Source: Eledone cirrhosa (Eukaryota). Taken from it: a stretch of 64,000 nucleotides of DNA. The translations under genes were made by a program, and so were the position numbers. Below are positions 14,001 through 27,179 of the stretch, piece by piece. Each line of letters begins with the position of its first letter. The stretch's first letter is position 1. Location of the stretch: NCBI GenBank assembly GCA_964016885.1, contig OZ024761.1:6882001-6946000 (forward strand). The letters run 5' to 3'. The notes below the pieces were generated by a model, which was given only the letters and a program-made list of their open reading frames with translations, did not search any database and was not told where the DNA came from.

Positions 14001-17000
14001 GGCTGGTGATATCAACAACATTTAGTGAGAGTGGTGACATCTACAACAACATTTAGTGACGGTGGTGACATCAACAACATTTAGTGAGGGTGGTGACATC
14101 TACAACATTTAGTGAGGGTGGTGACATCAACAACATTTAGTGAGGGTGGTGACATCAACAACATTTAGTGAGGGTGGTGACATCAACAACAACATTTAGT
14201 GAGGGTGGTGACATCTACAGCATATAGTGAGGGTGGTGACATCTACAACATTTAGTGAGGGTGGTGACATCTACAACAACATTTAGTGAGGGTGGTGACA
14301 TCTACAACATTTAGTGAGGGTGGTGACATCAACATCATTTAGTGAGGCTGGTGACATCAACAACAACATTTAGTGAGGGTGGTGACATCAACAACATTTA
14401 GTGAGGGTGGTGACATCAACAACATTTAGTGAGGGTGGTGACATCAACAACATTTAATGAGGGTGGTGACATCAACAACATTTAGTGAGGGTGGTGACAT
14501 CAACAACAACATTTAGTGAGGGTGGTGACATCAACAACATTTAGTGAGGGTGGTGACATCAACAACAACATTTAGTGAGGGTGGTGACATCTACAACAAC
14601 ATTTAGTGAGGCTGGTGACACAACAACATTTAGTGAGGGTGGTGACATCAACAACAACATTTAGTGAGGGTGGTGACATCAACAACATTTAGTTAGGCTG
14701 GTGAGATCAACAACATTTAGTGAGGGTGGTGACATCTACAACATTTAGTGAGGGTGGTGACATCAACAACAACATTTAGTGAGGGTGGTGACATCTACAA
14801 CATTTAGTGAGGGTGGTGACATCAACAACATTTAGTGAGGGTGGTGACATCAACAACAACATTTAGTGAGGCTGGTGACATCAACAACATTTAGTGAGGG
14901 TGGTGACATCAACAACATTTAGTTAGGCTGGTGAGATCAACAACATTTAGTGAGGGTGGTGACATCTACAACATTTAGTGAGGGTGGTGACATCAACAAC
15001 AACATTTAGTGAGGGTGGTGACATCTACAACATTTAGTGAGGGTGGTGACATCAACAACATTTAGTGAGGGTGGTGACATCAACAACAACATTTAGTGAG
15101 GCTGGTGACATCAACAACATTTAGTGAGGGTGGTGACATCAACAACATTTAGTGAGGGTGGTGACATCAACAACATTTAGTGAGGGTGGTGACATCAACA
15201 ACATTTAGTGAGGGTGGTGACATCAACAACAACATTTAGTGAGGGTGGTGACATCTACAACATTTAGTGAGGGTGGTGACATCAACAACATTTAGTGCGG
15301 CTGGTGACAACAACATTTAGTGAGGGTGGTGACATCTACAACATTTAGTGAGGGTGGTGACATCAACAACATTTAATGAGGGTGGTGACATCAAAAACAT
15401 TTAGTGAGGGTGGTGACATCAACAACATTTAGTGAGGGTGGTGACATCTACAACAACATTTAGTGAGGCTGGTGACATCAACAACATTTAGTGAGGGTGG
15501 TGACACCAACAACATTTAGTGAGGGTGGTGACATCAACAACATTTAGTGAGGGTGGTGACATCAACAACATTTAGTGAGGGTGGTGACATCTACAACATT
15601 TAGTGAGGCTGGTGACATCAACAACAACATTTAGTGAGGCTGGTGACATCAACAACATTTAGTGAGGGTGGTGACACCAACAACATTTAGTGAGGGTGGT
15701 GACATCAACAACATTTAGTGAGGGTGGTGACATCAACAACATTTAGTGAGGGTGGTGACATCAACAACATTTAGTGAGGGTGGTGACATCTACAACATTT
15801 AGTGAGGGTGATGACATCAACAACATTTAGTGAGGGTGGTGACATCTACAACAACATTTAGTGAGGGTGGTGACATCAACAACATTTAGTGAGGGTGGTG
15901 ACATCAACAACATTTAGTGAGGGTGGTGACATCTACAACATTTAGTGAGGGTGGTGACATCTACAACAACATTTAGTGAGGGTGGTGACATCAACAACAT
16001 TTAGTGACGGTGGTGACATCAACAACATTTAGTGAGGGTGGTGACATCAACAACAACATTTAGTGAGGGTGGTGACATCTACAACATTTAGTGAGGGTGG
16101 TGACATCAACAACATTTAGTGCGGCTGGTGACAACAACATTTAGTGAGGGTGGTGACATCTACAACATTTAGTGAGGGTGGTGACATCAACAACATTTAG
16201 TGAGGCTGGTGACACAACAACAATTAGTGAGGGTGGTGACATCAACAACATTTAGTGAGGGTGGTGACATCTACAACATTTAGTGAGGGTGGTGACATCT
16301 ACAACAACATTTAGTGAGGCTGGTGACATCAACAACATTTAGTGAGGGTGGTGACATCTACAACATTTAGTGAGGCTGGTGACATCAATAACATTTAGTG
16401 AGGGTGGTGACATCTACAACATTTAGTGAGGGTGGTGACATCTACAACAACATTTAGTGAGGGTGGTGACATCAACAACATTTAGTGAGGGTGGTGACAT
16501 CAACAACATTTAGTGAGGGTGGTGACATCAACAACAACATTTAGTGAGGGTGGTGACATCTACAACAACATTTAGTGAGGGTGGTGACATCTACAGCATA
16601 TAGTGAGGGTGGTGACATCTACAACATTTAGTGAGGGTGGTGACATCTACAACAACATTTAGTGAGGGTGGTGACATCTACAACATTTAGTGAGGGTGGT
16701 GACATCAACATCATTTAGTGAGGCTGGTGACATCAACAACAACATTTAGTGAGGGTGGTGACATCAACAACATTTAGTGAGGGTGGTGACATCAACAACA
16801 TTTAGTGAGGGTGGTGACATCAACAACATTTAATGAGGGTGGTGACATCAACAACATTTAGTGAGGGTGGTGACATCAACAACAACATTTAGTGAGGGTG
16901 GTGACATCAACAACATTTAGTGAGGGTGGTGACATCAACAACAACATTTAGTGAGGGTGGTGACATCTACAACAACATTTAGTGAGGCTGGTGACACAAC

Positions 17001-18400
17001 AACATTTAGTGAGGGTGGTGACATCAACAACAACATTTAGTGAGGGTGGTGACATCAACAACATTTAGTTAGGCTGGTGAGATCAACAACATTTAGTGAG
17101 GGTGGTTACATCAACAACAACATTTAGTGAGGCTGGTGACATCAACAACATTTAGTGAGGGTGGTGACATCAACAACATTTAGTGAGGGTGGTGACATCA
17201 ACAACATTTAGTGAGGGTGGTGACATCAACAACATTTAGTGAGGGTGGTGACATCAACAACAACATTTAGTGAGGGTGGTGACATCTACAACATTTAGTG
17301 AGGGTGGTGACATCAACAACATTTAGTGCGGCTGGTGACAACAACATTTAGTGAGGGTGGTGACATCTACAACATTTAGTGAGGGTGGTGACATCAACAA
17401 CATTTAATGAGGGTGGTGACATCAAAAACATTTAGTGAGGGTGGTGACATCAACAACATTTAGTGAGGGTGGTGACATCTACAACAACATTTAGTGAGGC
17501 TGGTGACATCAACAACATTTAGTGAGGGTGGTGACACCAACAACATTTAGTGAGGGTGGTGACATCAACAACATTTAGTGAGGGTGGTGACATCAACAAC
17601 ATTTAGTGAGGGTGGTGACATCTACAACATTTAGTGAGGCTGGTGACATCAACAACAACATTTAGTGAGGCTGGTGACATCAACAACATTTAGTGAGGGT
17701 GGTGACACCAACAACATTTAGTGAGGGTGGTGACATCAACAACATTTAGTGAGGGTGGTGACATCAACAACATTTAGTGAGGGTGGTGACATCAACAACA
17801 TTTAGTGAGGGTGGTGACATCTACAACATTTAGTGAGGGTGATGACATCAACAACATTTAGTGAGGATGGTGACATCTACAACAACATTTAGTGAGGCTG
17901 GTGACACAACAACATTTAGTGAGGGTGGTGACATCAACAACAACATTTAGTGAGGGTGGTGACATCAACAACATTTAGTTAGGCTGGTGAGATCAACAAC
18001 ATTTAGTGAGGGTGGTGACATCAACAACATTTAGTGAGGGTGGTGACATCAACAACAACATTTAGTGAGGGTGGTGACATCAACAACATTTAGTGAGGGT
18101 GGTGACATCAACAACATTTAGTGAGGGTGGTGACATCAACAACATTTAGTGAGGGTGGTGACATCAACAACATTTAGTGAGGGTGGTGACATCTACAACA
18201 TTTAGTGAGGGTGGTGACATCAACAACATTTAGTGAGGCTGGTGACATCTACAACATTTAGTGGGGGTGGTGACATCAACAACATTTAATGAGGGTGGTA
18301 ACATCAACAACAACATTTAGTGAGGGTGGTGACATCTACAACATTTAGTGAGGGTGGTGACATCAACAACAGTTATTGAGGGTGGTGACATCAACAACAA
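11011..18400. repeat. 28-bp minisatellite (CATTTAGTGAGGGTGGTGACATCWACAA)n with 31-bp variants, ~7.4 kb
   Basis: Direct tandem repeats with no spacers. Abuts the exon 6 polypyrimidine tract. Confidence 0.98.
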
Positions 18401-18590
18401 CAATGACACCAACACCACTACAAAAACAACAACACCACCACCATCACAGAAACAACAGTAACAACAACACCACCACCACCTGTAACAAAAACAACAGTAG
18501 CAACACCACCACCACCAACAACAAGAACACTACTACTTTCCCTCCCACTACCACTACTATCAACAGTACCAGTAATATCTTAGGACCTAC

Positions 18591-18747
18591 CAAACTCTCA
18601 TTCCTTCTTTAATATCAGCTGGAGCAACCACATCTCCAAGATCTACTATAAGTTTTGCAGAATATTTTATTTCAACCATATACTTTCTATCATTAGTGTC
18701 AGCATCGAGTATTTTGGTGCAGTGTCCAACCATGAATGGTTTTTCAT
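18591..18747 (-). CDS. PSMC2: PSMC2-like exon 5, OB domain (NEKPFMVGHCTKILDADTNDRKYMVEIKYSAKLIVDLGDVVAPADIKEGMRV)
   Basis: ttacag| and |gtaggt, 157 nt, phase 1 to 2. Matches EQPLQVARCTKII...VAPTDIEEGMRV. Confidence 0.93.
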
Positions 18748-18934
18748 CTGTAAAAGAAAGTAATAACAGTAGTAAGACAATGAAAGTCATTCCTTTAGAG
18801 GAGGGGATTACCCTTTTGTTACCACACTGCTAATGAAATAAACTGTATTTTATTTCATTATTAACAAGCTCCCATCTGTAACAACAATGGAGCTGAAGGC
18901 AAGTTGTGTTGGGTGACTGATATTCGCACATATA

Positions 18935-21110
18935 GGGGTGTTTCTGGCTGGTTTTCTATGGCTGGATGCCCTTCCTAATGCCAACAACATTGACAGTGTG
19001 TGCTGGGTGCTTTTGTTTGTGTCTTTTACATGTCCACTATTACAGTGTGTGCTGGGTACTTTTGTTTGTGTCTTTTACATGTCCACTATTACAGTGTGTG
19101 CTGGGTGCTTTTGTTTGTGTCTTTTACATGTCCACCATTACAGTGTGTGCTGGGTACTTTTGTTTGTGTCTTTTACATGTCCACTATTACAGTGTGTGCT
19201 GGGTACTTTTGTTTGTGTCTTTTACATGTCCACTATTACAGTGTGTGCTGGGTACTTTTGTTTGTGTCTTTTACATGTCCACTATTACAGTGTGTGCTGG
19301 GTACTTTTGTTTGTGTCTTTTACATGTTCACTATTACAGTGTGTGCTGGGTACTTTTGTTTGTGTCTTTTACATGTCCACTATTACAGTGTGTGCTGGGT
19401 ACTTTTGTTTGTGTCTTTTACATGTCCACTATTACAGTGTGTGCTGGGTACTTTTGTTTGTGTCTTTTACATGTCCACTATTAGTGTTTGGTGGGTGCTT
19501 TTGTTTGTGTCTTTTACATGTCCACTATTACAGTGTGTGCTGGGTACTTTTGTTTGTGTCTTTTACATGTCCACTATTACAGTGTGTGCTGGGTACTTTT
19601 GTTTGTGTCTTTTACATGTCCACTATTACAGTGTGTGCTGGGTACTTTTGTTTGTGTCTTTTACATGTCCACTATTAGTGTTTGGTGGGTGCTTTTGTTT
19701 GTGTCTTTTACATGTTCACTATTACAGTGTGTGCTGGGTACTTTTGTTTGTGTCTTTTACATGTCCACTATTACAGTGTGTGCTGGGTACTTTTGTTTGT
19801 GTCTTTTACATGTCCACTATTACAGTGTGTGCTGGGTACTTTTGTTTGTGTCTTTTACATGTCCACTATTACAGTGTGTGCTGGGTACTTTTGTTTGTGT
19901 CTTTTACATGTCCACCATTACAGTGTGTGCTGGGTACTTTTGTTTGTGTCTTTTACATGTCCACTATTAGTGTTTGGTGGGTGCTTTTGTTTGTGTCTTT
20001 TACATGTCCACTATTACAGTGTGTGCTGGGTACTTTTGTTTGTCTTTTACATGTCCACCATTACAGTGTGTGCTGGGTACTTTTGTTTGTGTCTTTTACA
20101 TGTTCACTATTACAGTGTGTGCTGGGTACTTTTGGCCGTGTCCTTTACATGTCCACTTTACAGTGGGGGGGGGGGGGGGGACATACTGTACATATGCTTC
20201 AGCTTGTGCTCGTGAGAAGTCAGGCCTTCTGTATTACTGCATATCACCAGAGATCCCGGTCATGTGCCATCTCCTTTGAGAGGTGCAATTGGGCAAGGTC
20301 GGCTTTTATCACCTCATCCCAGGTCTTCCCACTCCAAAGCTTCCAACGACTTTGACCACTCTTCTGCACCTTTTTATGCAGCTGTCATCCTTCATACGCA
20401 ACACATGTCCATACCAAATCAATTTCCTCTCATGCCTAGTTTCTCTCTTAGTTCATTTATGCTTCACCGTTCTCTATTATTACACATCCATCAGAGTATG
20501 TAGGCTTCGTTTCTTTCCAATCTATGTAAGTCTTCTGCACACAGCGCCCAAGTCTCACTACCATATAACATTGCTGTACACATTCATCATACAGTCTGCC
20601 TTTCATTCTGAGGGAGAAGCCTTTTGCAGCTAGCAGTGGTAGTAGCTCCTTGAACTTCTTTCATCCCGTTCTTACTCTGGCTAATGTACTTTCAGAACAC
20701 CCACCACCACTGCCAATTTGGTCACCTAAGTAGCAGAAGCTATCTACTGTTTCTACGGAGCCCTTCCAGAGTTTGGAGGTACTTGTTTCCTGTGGTTGTT
20801 TGCTGCTTGCTGTGAAGCCTACATTCTTAGTTAAGCTTCCTGAGATCCCGCTACATCTCTTGTGTACCCACATTTTGCATATGGAGCAGAGGATGGAATT
20901 TCTACCAACACCTTTCCTACATACTGGACAAGGCCATTTCCATGGGGGATCTGGGTTCTGTTTTCTCTTCTACTTACTAGGACCTTAGTCTTTGTCAGGT
21001 TGACTTTGCGACCCCTTCTTTCTAGGCTCATCTTCCATGTTTGGAATTTATTCTCTAGTTCCACCATGGATTCAGATATAAGTGTAAGATCATCCGCATA
21101 CAGAAGTTCC
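18935..21110 (-). mobile_element. RTE-clade LINE 3' portion, decayed
   Basis: ELLYADDL, WVHKRCSG, DSFCYLGD. Colinear with the RTE copy at 47291-48836. Confidence 0.9.
18993..20165. repeat. 49-bp minisatellite within an RTE 3' UTR, ~24 copies
   Basis: Unit ACAGTGTGTGCTGGGTACTTTTGTTTGTGTCTTTTACATGTCCACTATT (e.g. 19042, 19091). Confidence 0.95.
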
Positions 21111-22246
21111 AATACGTCAATTTCCTTTCACTCTAACATCTCTATAATTTCTCCTGTTCTTCCTTTCATAGTGCTTACGTTGATGATGCCTATTCGGAAT
21201 TTTGGGAGTTTGACATCAACAGGGGAGGGTAGGTTTTTGTGGAGTAGGGAGTGGGTGTATATTTTCTGTATCTGAATTAAAGATTTGCATGGTCACCTGG
21301 AAACGTATGGGTTCATATTCATTTCAAGTAGTTCATCATCTTCAGCTCATCCATAGACAATCATAGACAAAGATTTCTCGAGAGGAGAATGGTTAAGAAA
21401 GATAACTAGTAGTAGCATTTGTTGCCGCGGGTGATGGATTAAGGTACGTTGTGGTATATTATGTGAGATAAAGCCTCTACCATGAAAATACAATAGTATA
21501 TCTAGAGTAATGTAAATACAAAAGGGTTAAAGGATAAGGACGTTGTGTGTGACTGCAGCATTGAACCACAGACTACACAGCACCTCCTGATATGACCCCT
21601 GCGGGAACACCCCAGGACAGAATTGGACTTGACAGAGTTTAATGAGAAAGGACAGCAAAATGTTCAGCTGTGGCGGAACCACATCTAGCCAAGGTTTGTA
21701 ACTGACACTCTTGGGGACATGACAAGAAGAAGAGTTTCATTATTGGAGAATTTGAAGGATGATAAAGCGCCAGACAACATACTTTGCAGTATAGAGTTAC
21801 ATCCCTTTACGTTCTGAGTTCAAATCCTGCTGAGGTTAATTTTGATGAAATAAAGAACCAGTAATGTATTAGGGTCAATCTAATTGACTTTCTCCTCCCA
21901 CAAAATTGTTCACCTTGTGCCTAAATCAGAAATCTTTATTAAAGAATTTGGAAAGATTTACTAAAATTATACTTTTATTATTAACCAACCTGACCAAAAT
22001 TGGCTCTGGTTCTATGAAAACAAAAAAAAAACCACCCATTTCAAAGGGTTCTTATTGGAATTAAAATCCCCCAACATAATTTTGTATAAGAGCTATATTT
22101 TAAGTTATTAAGTAATAACCTTAACTAAATTACTATTTTAATAGTATGTACAATGCCCCAGTATGACTGTAGTAAAAAAAAAAATGTATTTATACACACT
22201 TCAATACATACATGCAGAAAATCAATATCAACTAAAGTTCCATGGT

Positions 22247-22602
22247 AACCATATTTGCCTGCCTTATTGAATACACTTTTTTTTCACCAAAACATACTGA
22301 AAAATCTTCCCTGCATCCAATACACCCATATCACCAATGGGAGGCTCAACAGAGAGTAAGGATGGTTTTAAAAATATTAGTATTAGTATTACTAGTATAG
22401 TAATCCAATTTATATAAGCAAATGATCTCAAACTTATATAAGAGTTTCTGAAAAAAAAGAATGAAATAATTTTTAATAAATTTATGAAGAAATGTCCTAA
22501 AATTCTTTTTTCTCAAAATGTCATTGCAAAACTAGAAGTGTCTTATATGAAGGACGGGGGGGGGGGGGGGGGGGGGCGTCTAATAGGCCAGTAAATATGG
22601 TA
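22247..22602. mobile_element. Possible degenerate Tc1/mariner-pogo-type MITE
   Basis: Imperfect terminal inverted repeats accatatttgcctgccttattga / tctaataggccagtaaatatggta. Confidence 0.3.
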
Positions 22603-23126
22603 ATCAATAAGTCGAAACACATTTGTAGCGCTCTCTAGACAAGGGAAGTAGCTAGAGTTACTTCCCGTTGAATTTCTAGAATATTCCTTAAAACTTCCGT
22701 TCAAGGGATTATAAAAGATTGAGCTAAAATTCATCTTCCTCTTTGCCGGTTAACTCTTAAACTGATCACATCAAGCGCAACCATGCTAAGCTTTTTGCAA
22801 CCACATCTTATAATTCAGGATTATACTTTGTCATGCCACGAGGTACATTTGGTTACCACATTTGTAATACACGGACTACAATAAATGCAATTTATTTTGA
22901 TACTCGTTTTGAGAAACTCTTCATGCCTCGGTTATTACTTCGGATGAAGAGAGAGATAATTCTCACAAAAAAAAAAAAAAATTGTATGAAAATTCTTCTA
23001 TATCTTCTTTCTATTAAATTTTGTAGTTGGGATCCAGTGGTACTTACTGGAGTAAGTAACCCTGGGACCAACTCCTCTGGGACCAAACATTCATATAGAA
23101 AAAAAACAATACGGTAGCTCACTCAC

Positions 23127-23201
23127 TTTGTATCATTTTCTTATCAGCTGCTAAATCCCACTTAGCTGAAGGGGCAAGCCCTGTATTGAATTCTTTAATT
23201 C
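23127..23201 (-). CDS. PSMC2: PSMC2-like exon 4 (GIKEFNTGLAPSAKWDLAADKKMIQ)
   Basis: ccccag| and |gtgagt, 75 nt. Carries the Rpt1-diagnostic TGLAP..WDLAADK motif. Confidence 0.93.
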
Positions 23202-23741
23202 CTGGGGGAAAAAACATTTTATAAATTAAATGTAAATAACTATTCATATTTATACACACAACCCACATTTCTTCCTCTTTTTACTCTTGTTTATCTTTCT
23301 ATTTCTTCATCTAAATATTAGAATTTTATTTACATAAATACAGGCATTTATTTGACAGATATGAAATTATTCAATAAAATGTATAGAAAAATAAAGCAGC
23401 ATTGGAAAGGGCTATAAATGCCATACATTTGAGGAAATGGAGGGAAAAAGCAAGGACTATTAGGCAACAACAAAAGGAGGAAAGGGCAAGGGTGAGACTC
23501 TATACTTAGGTCAGAATGGTATTTCGGCTGCACCCCACTAACAAAATTATAAAGACATTTCTCCAGACAATGGCCAACATCCCCTGCAACAATAACCCCA
23601 CCTTGCTCCTTCCAACATCCAAAATGTTAAGATTCCTTTCATTGTACTTTATTGTTTCACTGTTTTGTCTATCCATTTATTTTTCAGATACAAAAAAAGA
23701 GGAAATAAAAATAAATATTTTTTTATATTTCTTTGACTTAC

Positions 23742-23817
23742 CTATGAGTTCATTGACTTTTTTAAACTTAGCTCTGACATCATTTTCACAAGCCTTGATT
23801 AGTTTGCTGTAATGATC
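23742..23817 (-). CDS. PSMC2: PSMC2-like exon 3 (DHYSKLIKACENDVRAKFKKVNELIG), coiled coil
   Basis: ttgtag| and |gtaagt, 76 nt, phase 0 to 1. Aligns to [25 protein letters not shown]. Confidence 0.85.
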
Positions 23818-23869
23818 CTACAAAGTGTAAACATACAAGGTACATAAACAACATAGTTACAGTTTGTCT

Positions 23870-24128
23870 CGAGCCCGGTGCTTATCCTAGTTTCTGTGAC
23901 ATGAAGCAACTGAGAGTACACAACTTCCCCCTGGAGAGGACACCAGTCCATTGTAAGGTTAAACCCCTAGCTTCTGTAGCTGGTACTCATTTTCAGCTGA
24001 GTATATTGGAGCAATGTGAAATGAAGTGTTTTGCTCAAGAACACAACACACAACCCAGTTCAGGAATCGAACCCACAACATTAGGATCATAAGTCCAACA
24101 CCTTTACCACTAGGCTACATGCTTCCCA
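23870..24128 (-). mobile_element. tRNA-derived SINE family B variant
   Basis: On minus: A box (TAGCCTAGTGG) and B box (GGTTCGATTCC), then ttcttgagcaaaacacttcatttcacattgctcc, which is shared with the copy at 24421. Confidence 0.75.
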
Positions 24129-24420
24129 CATTAACAATGAAGGAAGAACTAAATACATATCTCAGCAAACACCATTGACCGAAGAGCCAGCCAGTGGCTA
24201 ACTAGGGCCACCAACATAAAAGATGGAGCAATGAGCCATTTGGTCATTGTAATTAACTCTTATATATCCTGTACCACATGGAACTACATTAGCAAAACAG
24301 TCTATGACTGTATCAAAATATGAATAGTCGGCTCAATAGTTTATAGGCTCACTATGAGGATTGATGCTAGAGCTGTGAAATCTTGCATGTATTAATTTCA
24401 ACTCTTATTAATATATGCAT

Positions 24421-24766
24421 GGAGGCACATGGCTTAGTGGTTAGAGCATTGGCCTTGCAATTGAAAGGTTGTGAGTTCAATTCTCAGAGCAGGTGATGTG
24501 GTGTTTCCTTGAGCAAGACACTTTATTTCACATTGCTCCAGTTTACTCAGCTGTAGAAATGAGATGATAGGGACTGGGGTCCCTATCATTCCACTGTAAA
24601 GTGGACGTGGAGGCACCACGGCAAAAAAGCACCCAGCACTCACTGTAAATGAGGTTGGTGTTAGGAAGGGCATCCAGCTGTAGAGATCAAGCCAGAATCA
24701 GTTCCCGTCACACCCTTGCAAGCAGGGAAAAAGTGGACGTAAAATGAAATGAAAATGATGAAATGA
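24421..24766 (+). mobile_element. tRNA-derived SINE family B with RTE-derived 3' tail
   Basis: A box TGGCTTAGTGG, B box GAGTTCAATTC. Tail gttggtgttaggaagggcatccagc...gggaaaaagtggacgtaaaatga matches the RTE 3' UTRs in this window. Confidence 0.85.
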
Positions 24767-25561
24767 TTGTTTCTTTTCAGAGACTATGTTAAAAAAATAA
24801 ACCTCATTGGGTCATTCCGTGAGAGTATCTAGGTCAGCCTATGAAATTTTCAGCCAACTCTCATAAAAAGTCTTTACTCTAATACTACAAATTTTTACAA
24901 CAATCTGTCCACTAGAAAACCTACATTTGAATTAATAAACCATATGAAACCACATTAACCAGAGATTCTTCTAAAGTATAAAACAGCACTCGGACTGCAT
25001 CACATTAAAAATCAGTCATTACTCTTTTACTGCAAATTTTCACAACAATCTGTCTACTAGAAAACCTACCAAAAAAAGAATCGGGATAACTCTTCAGCTA
25101 TGTCAAAAACATGACAATCTCCTTAGTATGGGAACACATGTAAGATGCAGGCCCCCAGCCCATCTGAAAGGTTAGTGTATCTGAGTACTTACTTGATCTT
25201 TGAAGACCCATACTCCAAGACACTGACCCTTTTAGTCACCTCTTACAACATACAAGGATATATATATACCATGTGATTACTCTAATAACCAGGATACACA
25301 CAGGTGGTTTTACAATTAAGGCATTTTTCACAACTGATCAATGTCTATCTGTCTATCCTTTCTTCTCATAGTTAACCCAATGTCATCATGAGGTGGGTAA
25401 AGGAATTAGCATAGATTAAAGTGTGCAGAATAATTAACCTTCTCAACAAGGCACAACCATAAAATCTGTAGCAGGGATTAAAATCATATTCTCATCGACA
25501 ACAGTCCTGTAAAAAACAATTACATCATATCATCAAATACATAGGGAACTGTAATACTTAC

Positions 25562-25599
25562 ATATCTTTTTAAGATGGCAATGTCTTCCTCATCAAGCG
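25562..25599 (-). CDS. PSMC2: PSMC2-like exon 2 (ALDEEDIAILKRY)
   Basis: tttcag| acceptor and |gtaagt donor, 38 nt. Matches ALDEGDIALLKTY. Confidence 0.92.
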
Positions 25600-25769
25600 C
25601 TGAAAGAGGACAAAAACATAAAATATTAGATACATGTTTAGTTGGGCACATCTCAAAATATAATATGTGACACCACTCACTTGCTTCAAGGCTATTTCCA
25701 CAATGCAACACTTGCTCCCCCAATGTTGGATGACCCCAGATCCAGGAGCTTGACAAACAGGACACACAC

Positions 25770-25847
<78 letters not shown>

Positions 25848-26694
25848 TAAAATAACAGATTAAAGTTTAAGCAAAGAATCGCTTAACGGGATCTTCACCC
25901 TTAACGGGATCTTCTGAAAGTCAATCTGTAAACGCAGAAGTGAATATTTCAAAAAACGTTGCAACCGGAGGAAGACAGGAAGACGATACTATGGTTCGTG
26001 GAAACGTTCCCTGGCAAAGAACGGGAAAAAACGAATATAATACGTCATTATTTGGAGCGGTGAAAAACAATTACGCGCAAAGACAGAACCACGTTTATGG
26101 TATAAAAGAAGTTGTAGACTAATGTTCTCTTACGTGGTTCATAGAGACGTTCTCTGGCTATGAACGGAAAAAATGAAGATAATACGTCATATGTGGAGCA
26201 TGGAGAACAATTGCATGCAAAGACAAAACCACGTAATAAATATTTGCTCTACAGTTCTTATATATTTGATATATATTTATCCTTATCGAGCCCTCTTTGG
26301 ATTTTAGTGTTCAAATTTATTATTATTACTATATATATGGGATAACAAGTTATTGTTATAGGTATTCCAGTTAGAGGTTGTGAGTACTCTGCGTCGTGGA
26401 TAGTTTTAACGTACGGCTTTGTTTGACTCAACAAGATGTTTCCATAGTTAGACAGCGAGTTCGCGGGAATTCCTATGTAGGTTATTTATACTTGGAGTAA
26501 TAATAGTGAAAGAATGAAGAGTAACATGGTCAGCTGTACAACATGGTGCTTTATTTCAGGTATTAACAATTGTTTCATTGATCAGGTGAGTCTAGAGGCC
26601 GCTAATCGCTTGAAGTTGCGTCACTCGATCTCCAATACATTATTTACCTCTGATCAAATCCTCGGATTTGATCAGAGGTAAATAATGTAGGACA

Positions 26695-27168
26695 ACAAAG
26701 GAGAGGTACAAAATAGCAAAAGTTGTCACTGAGGATGTCACAGAATATGTGACGAAAGAGCTTTGACAATCAACAACTAAACAACCATCTGGTTATTAAA
26801 CTAGCCGCATCTTTGAATCACTTTGGCCAGAATCGTTCCACTCTCCACGTGGAGTACATCCAACTATGTCTGCTTATCAAGCGAGCTGCTAGCAGAAAGG
26901 CCCCAGCAGTGTGGTCGATTGACCCTCGTGTGACATCACCTCTTCATACTTCCGGTCAGGCATCCCCCAACTTCCAGCAATCTCCCTCCCACGGCAGCAG
27001 CCCCACATAAAATAACCAACTGGGAGTTTATAATAAATTGAAGTGAAATCCAACAGGTGCTTGTGTTTTTATTGGCAGCATGACCCTCCCAAAATATAAC
27101 AATATCTGCTTCAACATATGCTTTCAGAGAAGAAATCTTGCACAACAATTACAAAAATGAAATATATA
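26695..27168 (+). mobile_element. Penelope-like pseudo-LTR remnant
   Basis: 27035-27168 is homologous to the reverse complement of 58212-58345 (aaattgaagtgaaa...attggca.catgaccctccca.a.tataacaatatc). Contains a hammerhead motif. Confidence 0.75.
26723..26769 (+). ncRNA. Minimal type I hammerhead ribozyme motif
   Basis: ttgtca CTGAGGA t gtcaca-gaata-tgtgac GAAA gagc TT tgacaa: stem I, core, stem II and UH site are all present. Confidence 0.7.
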
Positions 27169-27179
27169 AGACCTCAAAA

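Noticed and set aside
11011-18400. CRISPR-like 28-bp repeats
   Set aside because: Head-to-tail units with no unique spacers, no cas genes, and a eukaryotic intron context.
4300-18400. Common origin of the 24-bp and 28-bp satellites (shared CAACAACAT)
   Set aside because: The shared word is short and low-complexity, and the rest of the units do not align.
18938-20355. Cys/Val-rich 'membrane protein' ORFs (also 34557-35849)
   Set aside because: Minisatellite translations.
24421-24495. tRNA gene (also the heads at ~24050-24128, 27450-27522 and 45360-45433)
   Set aside because: A/B boxes continue into a SINE body and no complete cloverleaf is evident.
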